Assembly: GCA_021613535.1 (NCBI GenBank)
Contig: CP075496.1
Coordinates: forward strand, 2,542,001 to 2,606,000
DNA: 64,000 nucleotides
From: Adineta vaga
Taxonomy: Eukaryota; Animalia; Rotifera
Direction of reading: 5' to 3'
The notes under the pieces are model-generated. The model did no database searches and was not told the origin of the DNA. It saw nothing but the letters and a program-made list of their open reading frames with translations. Positions within the stretch are counted from its first letter, which is position 1, and the number at the start of each line of letters is the position of its first letter. Of the stretch, positions 12,001-26,022 are shown piece by piece. The translations under genes and the position numbers were made by a program.

Positions 12001-14836
12001 TAATCTTGATTTATTTGAAATCATTCTTTATTTTGAAGGTTAAATTTCAAATTGATGGTGGTTTTCTTGGTTCTGTTGAACAACGACAATTCTTCGAATA
12101 TCTCAATACTCATACACTTTATATTGAAGTTTGGGATGGCGATGGGTTATTTCCTGTTGGAATGTGTGCACTTGAACTTAGAGTAAATAAAGAATCAATG
12201 AACAGATTCTTATAGAAATCAATAAATTTTATTATATTTTAGTATTTCCTTCGTGATGGTCGTCCAGGTGTACAAACATTAGTTGAACTTGATGTGTATG
12301 CAACTGTTCCAATTGAAAGTAGTGAACCACCGGCTATAGAAAATCAATATTATCAAGTATGAATGATTGTTTATCTAAAGCAAAATTTGTTTCTTTTTTT
12401 CTTCTAGTCAAGTGAGCAACAATTTTCTTTAATGGGAGAAAAATTAAGAACAGTTGGTAAATTAATCATGCGTATTGGAAATGTTGGATCTGTAGGCACC
12501 GAACAACCATCAGTTGAATCTATTAGAAGTATGATTTTTATTAAAATTATCAGTCTGATTCGCATAGCTTTTGTCGTATAGCTTCGGATGCCTTACGCTT
12601 ATTACCAACAAATCGAATTTTATCATCAACACCACCATTTGATATTGTTCAACAACGTGCAGGTGAAATAACTACAAGTGGTATAAAAGATTATCGTTTA
12701 ACACGTGCACATCGTATTGTTGAATCGTATCCGAATATAAATTCTGTCTTACATAGCGCGGTAATGATTATTGACTTTGACATAAACGTTTGATTCAATA
12801 TGTAAATTTAAGGATAAACAAGCAAATGAATCTGATCGTCAACGAAAATTAGCACGAATGGAAGCAGTACGAAAACGAGTGGCTGAAACGGCAAATGAAA
12901 ATGTAGCTCCCTCACTGTCAGGATCAAATCGAAAAATGCGTGAATTACGTGAAAATGATCTACGAACAATTTCCATGTATCGTCAACAAACTAAACATGA
13001 AGATATTGCTCATCATTTAATGAGTTTTATTACTCGTGAAGTACATATTCGTTTAATGCCAGGTTATGTTGAATTCTTTGAATTTATTTTACAAAATCCA
13101 TATCCTGAACAACATTCAATTAGTATTGCATGTAATGATGATGAATTAAGGTAGATAAGAATAGAAATCTTTTTCTAGAAATCTTTCTTAATTCGATATT
13201 TTTGCATAGTGTGATTACGGATGCACGAGAATGGCGACGTTTAAAAACTTTATTTGAAGTTTTTTCTGATACAGAAGAGAATATGTTTACAAATCAAACA
13301 GGAATTATTGATCAAAGTGGTTTGAAATATCCACAAATATTTATGCGAGCAAAAGAAACTGTTCATATACCATTTAAATTACAAACATTTCTAGCAAAAA
13401 TACCACCATCAGAAAATAAAACATCATCAAATCCATTTGCACAAGAACAAACCTATTCTGTCGTGGAAAAAAATTTCAATGAAAAAGTCAAATCAAAAGA
13501 AATTAAGGTAAAGTTATATCTAAGAATATTATATTTTTTAATCAGAGAATTTGAATTTTCTTTTTTAACTATAATTTTATCTATAAATTGCAGGCGGTAT
13601 TTCAAGCAGAAGATGGTACTCCAATAAGTATATTATCAATTCATGTTGAATATATGTCGCCAATTGTTGATCAGACCATTCGTTGTATCAATGGAGAAAA
13701 CACATTATTAAAACGAGTATTTCGTATACCGAATCCACGTCGAGCAGTAACAACAGGTTTGGTCATCGTTTTTTTTTCAAACCTATTTTATAATGGTTAT
13801 TCAATTGTTGATTTAGAATCTCTTTCTAGTGGCTTACCTGAACAAATTCATCAAGTATTTGTTCGTGCAAGTGATTTAAATATTGTTTGCGAAGTCAAAC
13901 CAGTACCTGTTAATGAACCATGCGACATGCTAGTTAAAGTATTTGAATATCTTTGTTATTTTCAGCATGAAATTCAAACTATAAATCATTTTTTTGTATT
14001 AGGCTGCTACTCATAATGCTCCAACCGTCAATAGTTTCTTAATATTTATGTATGCTGATGGCTTCCTTCATCGACCAATTAATGTTTGGCAATTTCAAAT
14101 ACATGCCGTTAAACGTTTAGATTTAACTTGTATTCAATATCAAACTACGACAGCTACACTTTTACTTCGGTATAGATAGAATCTTCTTTTCTTTCAAAAC
14201 AAAACAAAACTAAACATTGATTATTATTATTATTATTATAGAGGAACACGATCATCACGTTTGGTACAATGTTTTGGCAATGCACCGGATGAATTAATTG
14301 TTTCACCGAGTAATGCTTTTTCAGTTGCAGCTAATGGACTTCATGAAATTCATATGCTTGTACGACCATCGCGTTCTGGTTTACGTACTTATTGTGTCAA
14401 TGCAGTTGACGTTGAAAATCATCAAATTATTGATACATGGATGATACGAGTTGATACACGTATGCCCGTTATATCTAAACAATTCGGTAAGAAATCGATA
14501 AGATATATGAAAACATGAAGATAATGATTCATTTTAGCTCATTCTATATCGTTTGGACAAAGTCAATCAGTTAATAAACGTATATCATATACAAATCCGT
14601 ATGCTATTCATAAGACATTCTTTTTTACAAGCAGTCATCCTGAATTACTTCAAATGCAACATCAAAAAATGGATTTTCAAGCAAATGAAAAGAGATTTAT
14701 TAGTTTTACATTATTACCAGCGTTTAATGTCGCACCTGTTACAGATATAATTATCTTAATTAATAATGAACAGGATACTAATGAAGATGCTTATTGTATT
14801 CGTGTAACCTATACAGATTCGAACATTCCTACTTAA
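9006..14836 (+). CDS. NPHP4: Nephrocystin-4 (ciliary transition zone protein); many exons
   Basis: YQGSPRALMFL, LSRAAYSRLQGQGFP...EMADPMNCNQINLHF, FFTFKFYRFP, IEVWDGDGL, EFFEFILQNPY, YTNPY, ILINNEQDTNEDAYCIRVTY. Confidence 0.9.
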
Positions 14837-16473
14837 TATTGTTGCTTGTCTATAGAATTTTGTATTCGTTTGTTGTGTGTAGTTCTTTTTTAGATGATGA
14901 TGAATTCGAGAACAAAAGTGAATTAGAATAAATATATAGTTGGAATCTTTTCTTTTGATAGAATGAAGATTTGATTGATTTAAATGTCTTGTTAACTCAA
15001 GTACCTTGTTATACATGAATAAATAAATTAATCTATGAAAAGATTAGAAAACTGACATAACATAGACTGGTGATAGTTATGAACGTGACCTTTTTTTAAC
15101 CTATTTTATACTTTGAGTAGTGACTTATCGTATGTGTCATTGACACGGCGGTTCCTATTCAAAACGCCCACCCATCCAACAAAATCGAATAAAAACAAGC
15201 ACAAGATTTGTTTTTTTCCTAAACTCACGTGATTGTATCAAATCTTTTTCAGTTGAATGCTTTGTTAAAATAAAATAATTCTACAGTTACAGTTTATGTA
15301 AAACAGTTTTTACACTGTTGATACACAACACTGTGCAGTGAGACTTTTGTACAAGTATGTTTTTGAATCATTTACTTCAGTAGAGTTTTTCCATTGTTGA
15401 CTGAGATAGAAGAAAATAAGATAAGATTTGTCTAACTTTAGAATTAAGAATCATACAAAGTCTATCGTATAATCACTGTCTATATGTTGATCTCTTGGAG
15501 TATATTAATAGACGTGCATTTTTCTTTTGTTTATTAATCCAATCAAATCTATCTAATTATGCGATGCATATGTCAGAGCAATTTGAAAACAGACTTTGTA
15601 ATACCTCTTCTTTTATACTGGGCATTTCCTAGATTTCGTATTTGCAGTGTTTGAATCAGAAACACGATTGTGGTTCATGACTGTTCGATAAAAGCACCTA
15701 GAAAAATGCGTTTATCAGCGTGTTAACACTGAAAATTTAGTCAATGATGAAGTTTTCATGTTTAGAGAGTAGGAGAAAGCATCGACAAGGTTTTTTTTCT
15801 GGAACTCTGTTTGCTTATGATCACCATAGCGAGAGACATAAATTTACCTACATACTATATAAGACCTATAGTGACTTATGTCAATCATTCCTTCTACTAT
15901 TATTTATTTTGAATACAATATTTTCATAAACAATAATGATATTTTTACTATCTATTCTAATGTGACAAGAAAAATCATTCAGATTTACTATTTCGTTAAA
16001 ATTCATGTTGAATGAGTTTGTCTCGAATAATTATTTTCTTTTCAGACATAAATGAGATTTCTATACTAATGTTTTCTATGAATCTATCCCTAAACTATAC
16101 TTATCATTCATCATATATTGTGCTTGAACTAAGGACATTATTAACAGAAAATTCATTTGAATTCTATTTCCGCCACTGTGATTGAAAACTAAAAACTTCC
16201 CGGTAGTAATTACCCTTGCATAAGTGTGATCAGATGCGACAAAATACAGGTGAGTGGTCGATCCATTAACATTCAAATAGTAAAAAGGCGTCTAATCATA
16301 TGTTTCCAATAGAAAAGTCTCGTTAATTTTCTCAAATAAAATTATTCCATTTACCCACACATTTCTATCATTTGCATGTATTTGATATTCGTTGATATTG
16401 CATTAACGACATCAATTTAGTTACTAAAATATGGACCATTTAAAAGCGGAAGACGTGAGAGAAAAACGAAGTA

Positions 16474-16482
16474 TATATAAAA
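16474..16482 (+). promoter_or_regulatory. TATA box of the neuropeptide precursor gene
   Basis: TATATAAAA about 80 nt upstream of a GTAAGT donor (16561) whose 5'UTR intron ends at 16638, two nt before the ATG. Confidence 0.5.
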
Positions 16483-16640
16483 CTTAGAAAAAAGTCATAT
16501 AGATCATTATTACCTCGAAATTTATCACATTCATAAAGTTCTCAAAAAAAAAACTGTGAAGTAAGTTATGACGAACAAAAGCTAAACAACAGATTAACTG
16601 AACAATTTTTTCATATAAAGAATCTTTTTCCTTTCTAGTT

Positions 16641-17002
16641 ATGATGCCTTTCGCCTTCGACAAAATTCTTATTAGTTTTGGTTTGATTCTCCTCGTGACT
16701 TTATTTATCGGTACACATGCTGGTCTCACTTATGATGTTGCCTATCCTGATCGTCTTCTTGTAAATTTTGTGAATCTTCTGTTTTTTGTTTTCTTTATCA
16801 ATTTCATTCATTTTAGCTAAATGACGATCATCATGCTCTCGATAATGTTCATTATATGAGTAAACGACGCTTTTTACCAACACGACGTGAATTACATCAA
16901 TATGTGAATGATGATGATAGCAGTGAAAGCGATGAAGATTCACATCTGAATTCCAAACGATACTTTCTAAAATCTAAACGTTATTTTCTCAATAGCAAAT
17001 GA
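16641..17002 (+). CDS. Secreted prepropeptide (neuropeptide precursor), 101 aa, 2 coding exons; absent from ORF track
   Basis: Exons 16641-16760 and 16817-17002 give MMPFAFDKILISFGLILLVTLFIGTHA-GLTYDVAYPDRLLLNDDHHALDNVHYMS-KR-RFLPT-RR-ELHQYVNDDDSSESDEDSHLNS-KR-YFLKS-KR-YFLNSK*: signal peptide, dibasic sites and acidic spacer. AATAAA at 17076. Confidence 0.85.
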
Positions 17003-17587
17003 AACATCGTAAGAATCAAATTCATTCCTATCGTCACGAATTCTTTTTGTTTATCTTTAGAAATCAATCAGACATAATAAATGACACATCATTGGCAAAC
17101 GCGAAAACTCTTTTCTAATATCGATTGAAAGCGGAATGAGAAGAAATAAAATCTCTTTATTGTTGTCACAGTTAATCATAATTTCAAATATTTATTAGTA
17201 CAAGAAAATTTTCGTCGGAAAATTTCTTTGTTTCAATATCTAATAAATCAAAAATTCATCGATTATCTTGCATTCTACTCAGCAATCTTGAATAGAAATA
17301 AGTACAGAAACAAAAAATATAAAGGAATAGCCAGAATGAAATAAATAACACCGAGCTGGATTTACTCTCAAAAAAGAACAAGAAATTTAGTGATACAACA
17401 AAACAACTACTTGAAATTGCACATCAAGTTCTTTCATCTTGAAAAAGAAAGGTTTTCGTTTCTTTCATTTTTTGAGTAGAAAAAAAATGAACAATAGACG
17501 ACTATATGAAAAAGCGTAGAACAAATAGAATATGAACACACAAAAGAAAATCGCTCATAAAAAAAGGAGGGAGGAAAAAATATGGTT

Positions 17588-19441
17588 TTATTTATGTTTA
17601 ATATGAACCTCAACTGATGGTGGTGGATCTTGTGAACGATCAGTTATCTTAAATGCTTTAATATTAAGATGATTACATATTTGTCGAACCTAAAACAAAC
17701 AAACAAACAAATAGTTCATTTTATCGTTATAAAAATGTGATTGAACGAACCACACAACAACCATAATGAATATGAGCTAGAGTAGCAATAATATTATATA
17801 AAAATAAAAGGCTTAGTTCTGTATTTTCCGTGAATAAGCCATAAACAGACATAATTTGTATTGGAACATAGAGACATAAAAGTGTATTGATACCATTTGA
17901 ACGGGTCGATGTCATTTGAGCAATAACAAGACGACACTAAATGTACAATAATGAATGTTCAATCAAAGAAAGTTATATTTGAAAACATACGGCAATATTT
18001 GAAAAAGTTGTTCCAACAGCGGCCATAAATAGACGTGGTTGTTTTTTTAATATCATATGAGGTGATGCAAGTCCCCACCAAGTTGAAGATAGAAATAGAA
18101 TAGCTGGTGAAATCAATGGTCGAATAGCTTCATAGAATGATCGATTGTAACCTGTACGACTACGATATGATCTAAATAATGAAAGACAAAATGATTTCAT
18201 TGGTGTTCTTTTCACAAAGTCAAAAACAATTGGTATCAATGATCTTGTTTTATATTAAGAATTAGATGATATGACATTTGTTTTTGTTTTTTAGATAGAT
18301 CTGAATTATAATGAGTACAAAACTAGAATTGATTTCAGAATAGTACTGTTGAGAATAGTCTATGTTATCAATAATCATCTATCATCTATATTTCAAGACA
18401 AGAATCTTTCTTTGTACTCTATGAAAACAACAGCAGATTACTTACTCATGAATATGCATAATACTGATTGGAATTGAACTTAATAATCCAAGAACTATAA
18501 ATATAAATTTATCTCTAGAAAATCTTTATAAAAATATTGTAATTTACTTGGCCAAGCATATTCAGCAATTCTTATAAATGATATATTCAAAATAGGAACA
18601 GTAAAATGAAATACATTTGGTGTGAAAAAATAGGCCAATAGATACGTTATTGTCATGATCTAAATATACGATATAAATACGAAAAAAATCGTCATCAATC
18701 TTAGTTTATTCTTACCAACATAGAAATATCATAAGACCATGGTAGAAAAAGAATTTTGGTATTATATTTTTCCCAATGTGAATCAATAAATGTTATATAG
18801 ATAGATAAAAGTAGAATATGCATTGATAATGGACTAAATCCATCTTCACCTTGTGTTATAACAGAAAAAATACATATAGGAAATAAAAAACTCGCCCAAG
18901 AATCAACTCCATGATCAAATAATTCTCCCAGAGCACTACTTGTTTTCGTACGTCGAGCTTGTTTTCCATCCATGCCATCTGAAACGATAGAAAACATTTT
19001 CTATTGTTTTTTCTTTGATTCTATGATCATACCTAACTGATGGGACCAAAATTGACAAATAGCTGCAACAAGCCAAATCCATCGTGGTAGATAAAGACCT
19101 TCCGTAAAGTGAAAATCATAATATGTAAATAGAATAAAATTAACCACGAGCAGAAGAAAACCAAGAAGTGTCATTAAATTTGGTGCAAACCATCGAGGGA
19201 AAAACTAGAAAAGGACAATGACTTTTTTTAAATTCTTTCTTCGACTTTCAGTTTTACCTCAACACACCAATTCCAAAATGGTTGCATAACATAAAGCGAT
19301 ACCGGTGATGTATCCACAGCATTATACTAAGAGTATTATCTTATGTAATCAAAATCAATAGATAGAATCAAATTTTACTTTATATTCATTAAGACCTTTC
19401 AAATGATCTCGATGTAAATATTGATGATCGAACAGATTCAT
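17588..19441 (-). CDS. EPT1: Ethanolaminephosphotransferase 1-like (CDP-alcohol phosphotransferase); multi-exon
   Basis: [77 protein letters not shown]. Confidence 0.9.
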
Positions 19442-19845
19442 TCTTCACGGAAAATAATCTATAAAAAAAGCATAGTATTGCGTCACGTATACTCATTAAA
19501 CGTAATGACATCAGATAAAAAAAAATTTGTTATTGATTTGATTAACCTTCAAGCGTACAGAGAAAAACAAGAAAAAAAATACATAGCGATGAATGAAGAA
19601 GAACAATTGTGTTCTGCGTGAGAAGGGGTGAAATGTATTAATTTTTATTCGTCCTTGTGAGGGACCAATTAGAAAAAATTTCATCTAAACATAGTTTTTC
19701 TTTATCTCCATTTTACTTTTCTACTGGACATTTGTTTTTATGCTTTTATCAATGATTTGATTGAATTTTGGAAAACGTTTTCTTTTCTATCCTTTTTTTT
19801 ACGCATTATTTTACTCGAACGATAAACAAGTCATAGAATTCTTCA

Positions 19846-22800
19846 ATGGCAACTATCAGTGAATATCCCTCAACATCAGATGATGACGAATCTCTTGAAG
19901 AGGACAAAACAGCAAATGGATCAATTCGAAATGGTGAATTTCAAGGACGACTTTTTAAATGGACAAATTATTTACATGGTTGGCAAGAACGATATCTTAT
20001 ATTAAGACATGGATTTTTAAATTATTATAAAAATGAATTTGATTCAACGCTTGGTTGTCGTGGTGCACTGTCCGTTCGACAAGTTGTTATTCAAGTAGGA
20101 AAAGTTTTTCTTCATCTATCAAATTTTCTTAACTTAACGTTTGATTCAGCCACATGAATTCGATGATTGCCGTTTTGATATTCGTGTTAGTGATTCAGTA
20201 TGGTATCTTCGTGCAAATAGTCCAGAAGATCGTGAACGATGGACACATGCATTAGAAGAACATAAACAATTGTGTAAAAGTGAATCTGGTTATGGAAGTG
20301 AAACAGGTTTAAGACGTCATCCAAGTATTGGTTCATTAGCATCAGCAGCTAGTGCAAGTGCAGCTTCCACTGGTTCTTTTCGAGTAAAGCAAAATTTTCC
20401 GAAAACAAGAACAATTTGTGATTTTTTTTCACTTAGAGAGATCGTAATTTAAAGGAAAAATTAAATGAATTAGAAACATTCCGAGAATTACTTGCACAAC
20501 AAGTTCAAACTCTACAAACATATTTTGATGCATGTGCCAATGCGGTAACCAAAGGATTTGAACCATACCAAAGAGAATGTATTGTTTGATAATTTTAAAA
20601 GAAAATTATGAAAATAAATGTTGTTCTATTTAGATGAGAATGTTAATGATCTAGATTTTGAAGATACAACAGATAAAAATCATACAACACCAACTTTACA
20701 AAATGAATTGAGAAAAAATTCAATTTCAAAACAAAGTTTGTTTGAAAAATGGTTTTCTTGATTAGAAATAATCTTCATCTCACTCATAGGAATCGACCGT
20801 TTTCCATTCGATGATCATGCAGCAATGTCTATTGACTTTAAAGGAGAAGGTTCTAATACAATAAGAAAAAAAACTACTCTTACAATTTTTAATTTCTTTC
20901 TATGTTTTATTTTCTAGCGTTAACATTTAGAGCCACTACAGATGGTGTTATACATAATCTAGGAATTTGTATTGAATTAATGCAAAGACGAGAAGATATA
21001 TGGAGGAAAAAATTTGAAAAAGTAACGAGTAAAAATGAAGAATTGATTTGTATTTTTTCGTTTCATTTCTCAAGGAATTAGAACGACGAAAGAAATTTCA
21101 AGATTTATATACGGGAATAATCAAACAGAAAATTCCTGCACTTGGTTCACCCGATGCTGAGGTTAGTTCATCAAAAGAGAGAAAGACTAAAAACAATGAT
21201 TTGAAAATTTTCTTTTAGGAAGGTCCACATAGTACGTTAAAAGAAGATGAGTTCTACGATGCTATTGATCAATCCCTCGATCGAATTATCCGTGAAACAG
21301 ATGACTTTCAACTTTTAGTAAGTTTTTTTTCCTTCTTCTTTCTCTTCTCATTATTCATTCCAAAATCTACTGTCAGTCTTCAAGATAAGCATAAAACGTG
21401 TAAGGATTTTATGTTAGAAATCAAAACAAGAATCATATATTTCGTTTACATATTTCGTCGGCAATGAAGAAAATCTCTTGTAATCCAATGTTTCATTCTT
21501 CACTTTCGATAACACTTTTTTTTCCTTCAATCTTTGGTCAATATTATTACATCACTGGCGAAGAATAATGATGTGTCACTACATAGTTCGATGATGGTGT
21601 GAGGGAAATCATGTGCGCCATCAGCACGATTAAAAGAAAAGAACGTGTAAACAACCGAAAAAATATACTAGATGTTCTCTTTCTCTCTTTCCTCTTTTCT
21701 TGATTCTCTTTGTAACTGTTAACTACATTCACTATTAAACACACGCAACGTACAAACGCGTATGTGATACTGATAAGACAAAGCAAAATTTAGTCCAAAT
21801 GAAATCAATTAGAAAAACGTTTCATATTCCACCATCGTATGCATTTACAGCCGGTTGTTCAAATCCAACAACGGTTATATCTTTAGCTTCATTTGTTTCA
21901 TCTTGTTCATCACCATTGAATTATGTCGGTGGTGTACGACCGCTTTATCAGCAACGAAAGTTTCTTACAACATCGAATCTTTCTTCTCATTCTTCGTCAT
22001 CATCACTTTCGACTGTTACTATTCATAGTACAGATGATGAACAGTATGAAACACCACCTTCGTCAACAGATAGTAGTGATGAATCGACTAAAATGAATCC
22101 ATTTGAAATGTTATCTGAAAAAGAAAGTTCGCATTCATTAAATCAGGTTTGATAAGATGAAATCTTTAAAATTTTATCTTTCATAATGATTATTTTATAT
22201 ATTGATCTTTTGTTCTTATTTTCTTTTTCAGGCAAAATTACCATCAAAAGCATCTAAAGATCATCATGGATCTCAGGACATCGATCAAAAATCTCGACCA
22301 ATGTCACAGCTGTATCGGCAACAGATAATGATAATGGAAAACATCGACTAAGTACTGAGGTAATATTCTTGTTTTTGCTTTTCTTATATCGGATGATCTA
22401 TACTCAAGATGATTTTCTACTAGGTCGAACGAATTGTTCAAGAACATTTGAAATATAAACATGAAGATATTTATGATGGATGGGATTTAATACATCAAGA
22501 AGGTGAAATGAAAGTTTATCGACGTGAAGTCGAAGAAAATGGTATTGTTATTGATCCATTGAAAATCTTTCATACAATCAAAGTAAAATCTTTTGATTAA
22601 TTTTTAATCTCTCATAATCAATGAAATATATATTAGGGTGTTACCGGCCATGAACTCTGTCGATATTTTTGGGAATATCAATATCGAATGGAATGGGAAA
22701 GTATGTTTTTCTATGAAAGTTTTTCCTTGTAATTTAATTTTTATATGAATTTATTGTAGCAACGCTTGATTCAACAAAAATTATTGAAGTCTTAGATCCT

Positions 22801-23492
22801 GGAACAGTCGTGTTTTTCAGTTACATAAACGTGTATGGCCAGCTGCTCAACGTGATTCATGCTTTTGGTCTCATATGCGTTGCATTACGAAATCAGATGA
22901 TGATCAACCAACTTGGCTTGTTGTTAATTATACGACTCCACATCCTCTTGCACCTGTAAGAAAGACAAACGAATTTCAATATGAACTTAATATTTGCTTT
23001 CATTAGATCAAACCACCACTAGTTCGTCTAATTGCTAACGTTGCTTTAATGTGTGAAACAGTCATTAATGAACCACCTTTAAATCCAAAAGATATTAAAC
23101 GAGAAAATATTCAATGTAAACTAACTTATGTTGCTTTTGGTAAGTGATTCAGTAGATGAAAAGAAAAATAGCAACATTCCGAATGACTCATCATCATACA
23201 GGAATGAAATGATATACCAGTGACTCGATAGAATCTAGGGTTATATATTTCGATATCATGAGAAACGATTTTAGTTATGTAAATTTGATCATGTCTTTTT
23301 CTATTCTCTAGTTAACCCTGGTGGATGGGTACCTAGTGCAGCATTACGCAGGTAAATTTTGTTTATAAACTCTAGTTTTGATTAAGAATTTGGTTTCGAT
23401 TTAGTGTGGCCAAACGTGAATATCCTCGTTTTCTAAAACGTTTTTCAACCTATGTGATCGAGCAAACACGTGACAAACCGATTCTATTTTGA
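19846..23492 (+). CDS. CERT1: Ceramide transfer protein (PH domain, FFAT motif, START domain); two apparent 1-nt frameshifts
   Basis: [81 protein letters not shown]. Frame breaks near 22305 and 22815. Confidence 0.93.
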
Positions 23493-23886
23493 TTATGTTT
23501 TTCTCCGACGATGTTTTTTTTTCTTCTATTTTTCGTCTTTCGCTTTCTCTCTCTCTCAATCTGATTTATCTTGAAAATAATCATTATACAAGAGATCTCT
23601 GAACATATCAATAGTTGTTTTATATCTCCTGTTATTGGTATTGTTATTTCTATGTTTTGTTTTTCTTTTCTCCATTTCATCATTCACTTTTCTGTACACC
23701 ATGTGATGATATAAATGTTTGTTGTCTTTTTTTTTGCGTTTGAAACACACACACACGTAAACACAAGTCATTTTCAAACAACTATAAATAGATAGAGAAA
23801 GAAAGGAATTATTACTTTTCAAATCAAGGATCAATGAAATCTTGCGTTATTAAAAGATTTTATTTTTTCTTCTTCATTTCTTTAGA

Positions 23887-25055
23887 ATGATGAAAAATGC
23901 GTCATCGTCGACACCAATGCGACCAACAATAAATATTCAACATAATTCATATGAATTTTCTGAAGGCGTACTTAAATCACCTTCCACTCATGTTTCAATG
24001 GATATATCCAATGTTATAACACCTTATCAACCTAAAAGTCAAGAACAACAACAACAACAAAATGATAAACGTACTAAAAAATGGTCAATTGACGATTTTA
24101 ATATTGGTCGACGATTAGGCGAAGGTTCTTATTCGACTGTGATACTCGTTGAAGAAAAGAAAACAGGTTTTCTTTGTGCTCTCAAAGTGATCAAAGTAAT
24201 TTGAAATTTTTATTCAAAATTCTATTTTTCTCCTCTCTGTCTGTCTTTTTCCTCCAGAAATCAATTATTCGACAATATCAACAAGAACATCAATTAATAC
24301 GTGAACTTGAAATTCATATGCGTTTATTTCATAAACATATTTTACGCATGTATGATTTTTTCTACGATTCAAATCGTATTTATGTTATTCTGGAATATGC
24401 TGCTAATGATACATTAGCATCCTACTTAAAACAACATCAACGTTTAGATAATATCAGAACAGCAACATTTATTTATCAAATAGCGGATGCATTAAATTAT
24501 TGTCATCGTTTGAAAATAATGCATCGAGATTTAAAACCAGAAAATATTCTTTTAGGACAATTTCATGAAATAAAATTAGCTGATTTTGGTTTAGCACTTC
24601 ATTGTCCAAGTTCTCGACGAACACAATACATTGGTACAATGGATTATATGGCACCTGAAGTCATCGAAAATGAAGATGTTAATCATGGAGATTTATCAGC
24701 ATCATCAGTTAATTCAACAACAACAAAAGTACCTATGCCATATGAAGAATTAGCTGATCTTTGGAGTTTAGGTATTATAACATATGAATTACTTATTGGA
24801 ACTACACCTTTCTATGATCCTGATGTGATGATAACAAAGAAACGTATCTTAACTTGTGATTATACATTACCAGATGATATGCATGTTGATGCTAAGCATT
24901 TTATTACTCATTTACTTCAGTATGATCGACAAAAACGTTTAACATTATCAAACGTCTTTGAACATAAATTCATTCGAACATTTGCACAAACTAATTTTCT
25001 TAATGAAAAATTTCATCATTTCGCTACAATGCATCATTCTCAAAACAATACTTAA
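23887..25055 (+). CDS. Aurora-like Ser/Thr kinase (divergent), 2 exons
   Basis: WSIDDFNIGRRLGEG, EHQLIRELEIH, HRDLKPENILL, DFGLALHCPSSRRTQYIGTMDYMAPE; intron 24196-24257. Confidence 0.8.
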
Positions 25056-26022
25056 AATAATTGTGAAATTGATTGTCTAATGTCAGATTTCTTTTCTTTT
25101 CTTTCCTTTTTCTTTTCGAAGAATGTTATATGTGTATATATATATCGATAAATAAATATATATTACAAATTCAAGAGATTCTCTTTGTAAATATTCAAGC
25201 TGATAAACCTATATTTACTGATCAAGTGTTCAAGGATATTTTTTTATTATTAGTTTTGATCAATGCTATAATGGATTAAATAAAACAAACGGAACTATCT
25301 AACTCGTGTAAATCTTTACAAATACTTGTTACTACATTATTAATACACAAAAAACGTGATGATGTTGAACTATAGATTAGAAATGAACGATTGAAAGAGA
25401 ATTGATTTTCTTCGATGAATCAATATATGTGTACTCTTTAGTAAATTAAGCTTTGTTTACTGAGAAAATCTGGACCAATATCAGTTCTCGATTGTACAGG
25501 AAAAAAAACAAAGCAAGATGTCAGGATAGGAAGAAAACAGTTAGTTGTTGACGAAGTTAAGTGCACATGACACATAGTCTTGTATTGATTTGTCATAATC
25601 TATTGAATGTCAAATGACACAGACTCAGGTAAGAATCCTAGAACAATATTTATTTTTCTTCTAATCCCTTGTACTTCAAATTCCACGTGAAATGAATACA
25701 ATTTACCATCGAAAATATGATTTGATACTTTCCCCTTGTTATTAATTAAAATTCCAAAGAAAACAAAATTCAATTTTTTAAAGAATTTTCATACTTTCAA
25801 TAACAAAGAAATAATCACAAACTTTTTCATCATATATATATATATATGTATTGACATAAACTTTTTTTCATAAATGTTATTTATTTAGGTTGTTTACTTG
25901 TATTCAACATACGATATTTACAGAAATATTCTGTATAAATATAATCAACATTGGAAAAAAGATTCATATTTTACTCTTGTTAATTCTTTTCATCATTGTT
26001 TTAAAAAGTTATTCTATGAACA

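Noticed and set aside
15020-16450. Long non-coding stretch examined for a transposon or ncRNA
   Set aside because: No terminal repeats, target-site duplication, transposase remnant or structured RNA motif seen; more likely regulatory DNA of the neuropeptide gene.
17588-17690. Selenocysteine (UGA recoding) in the EPT1/SELENOI-like C-terminus
   Set aside because: The last exon reads ...FKITDRSQDPPPSVEVHIKHK-TAA with no in-frame TGA.
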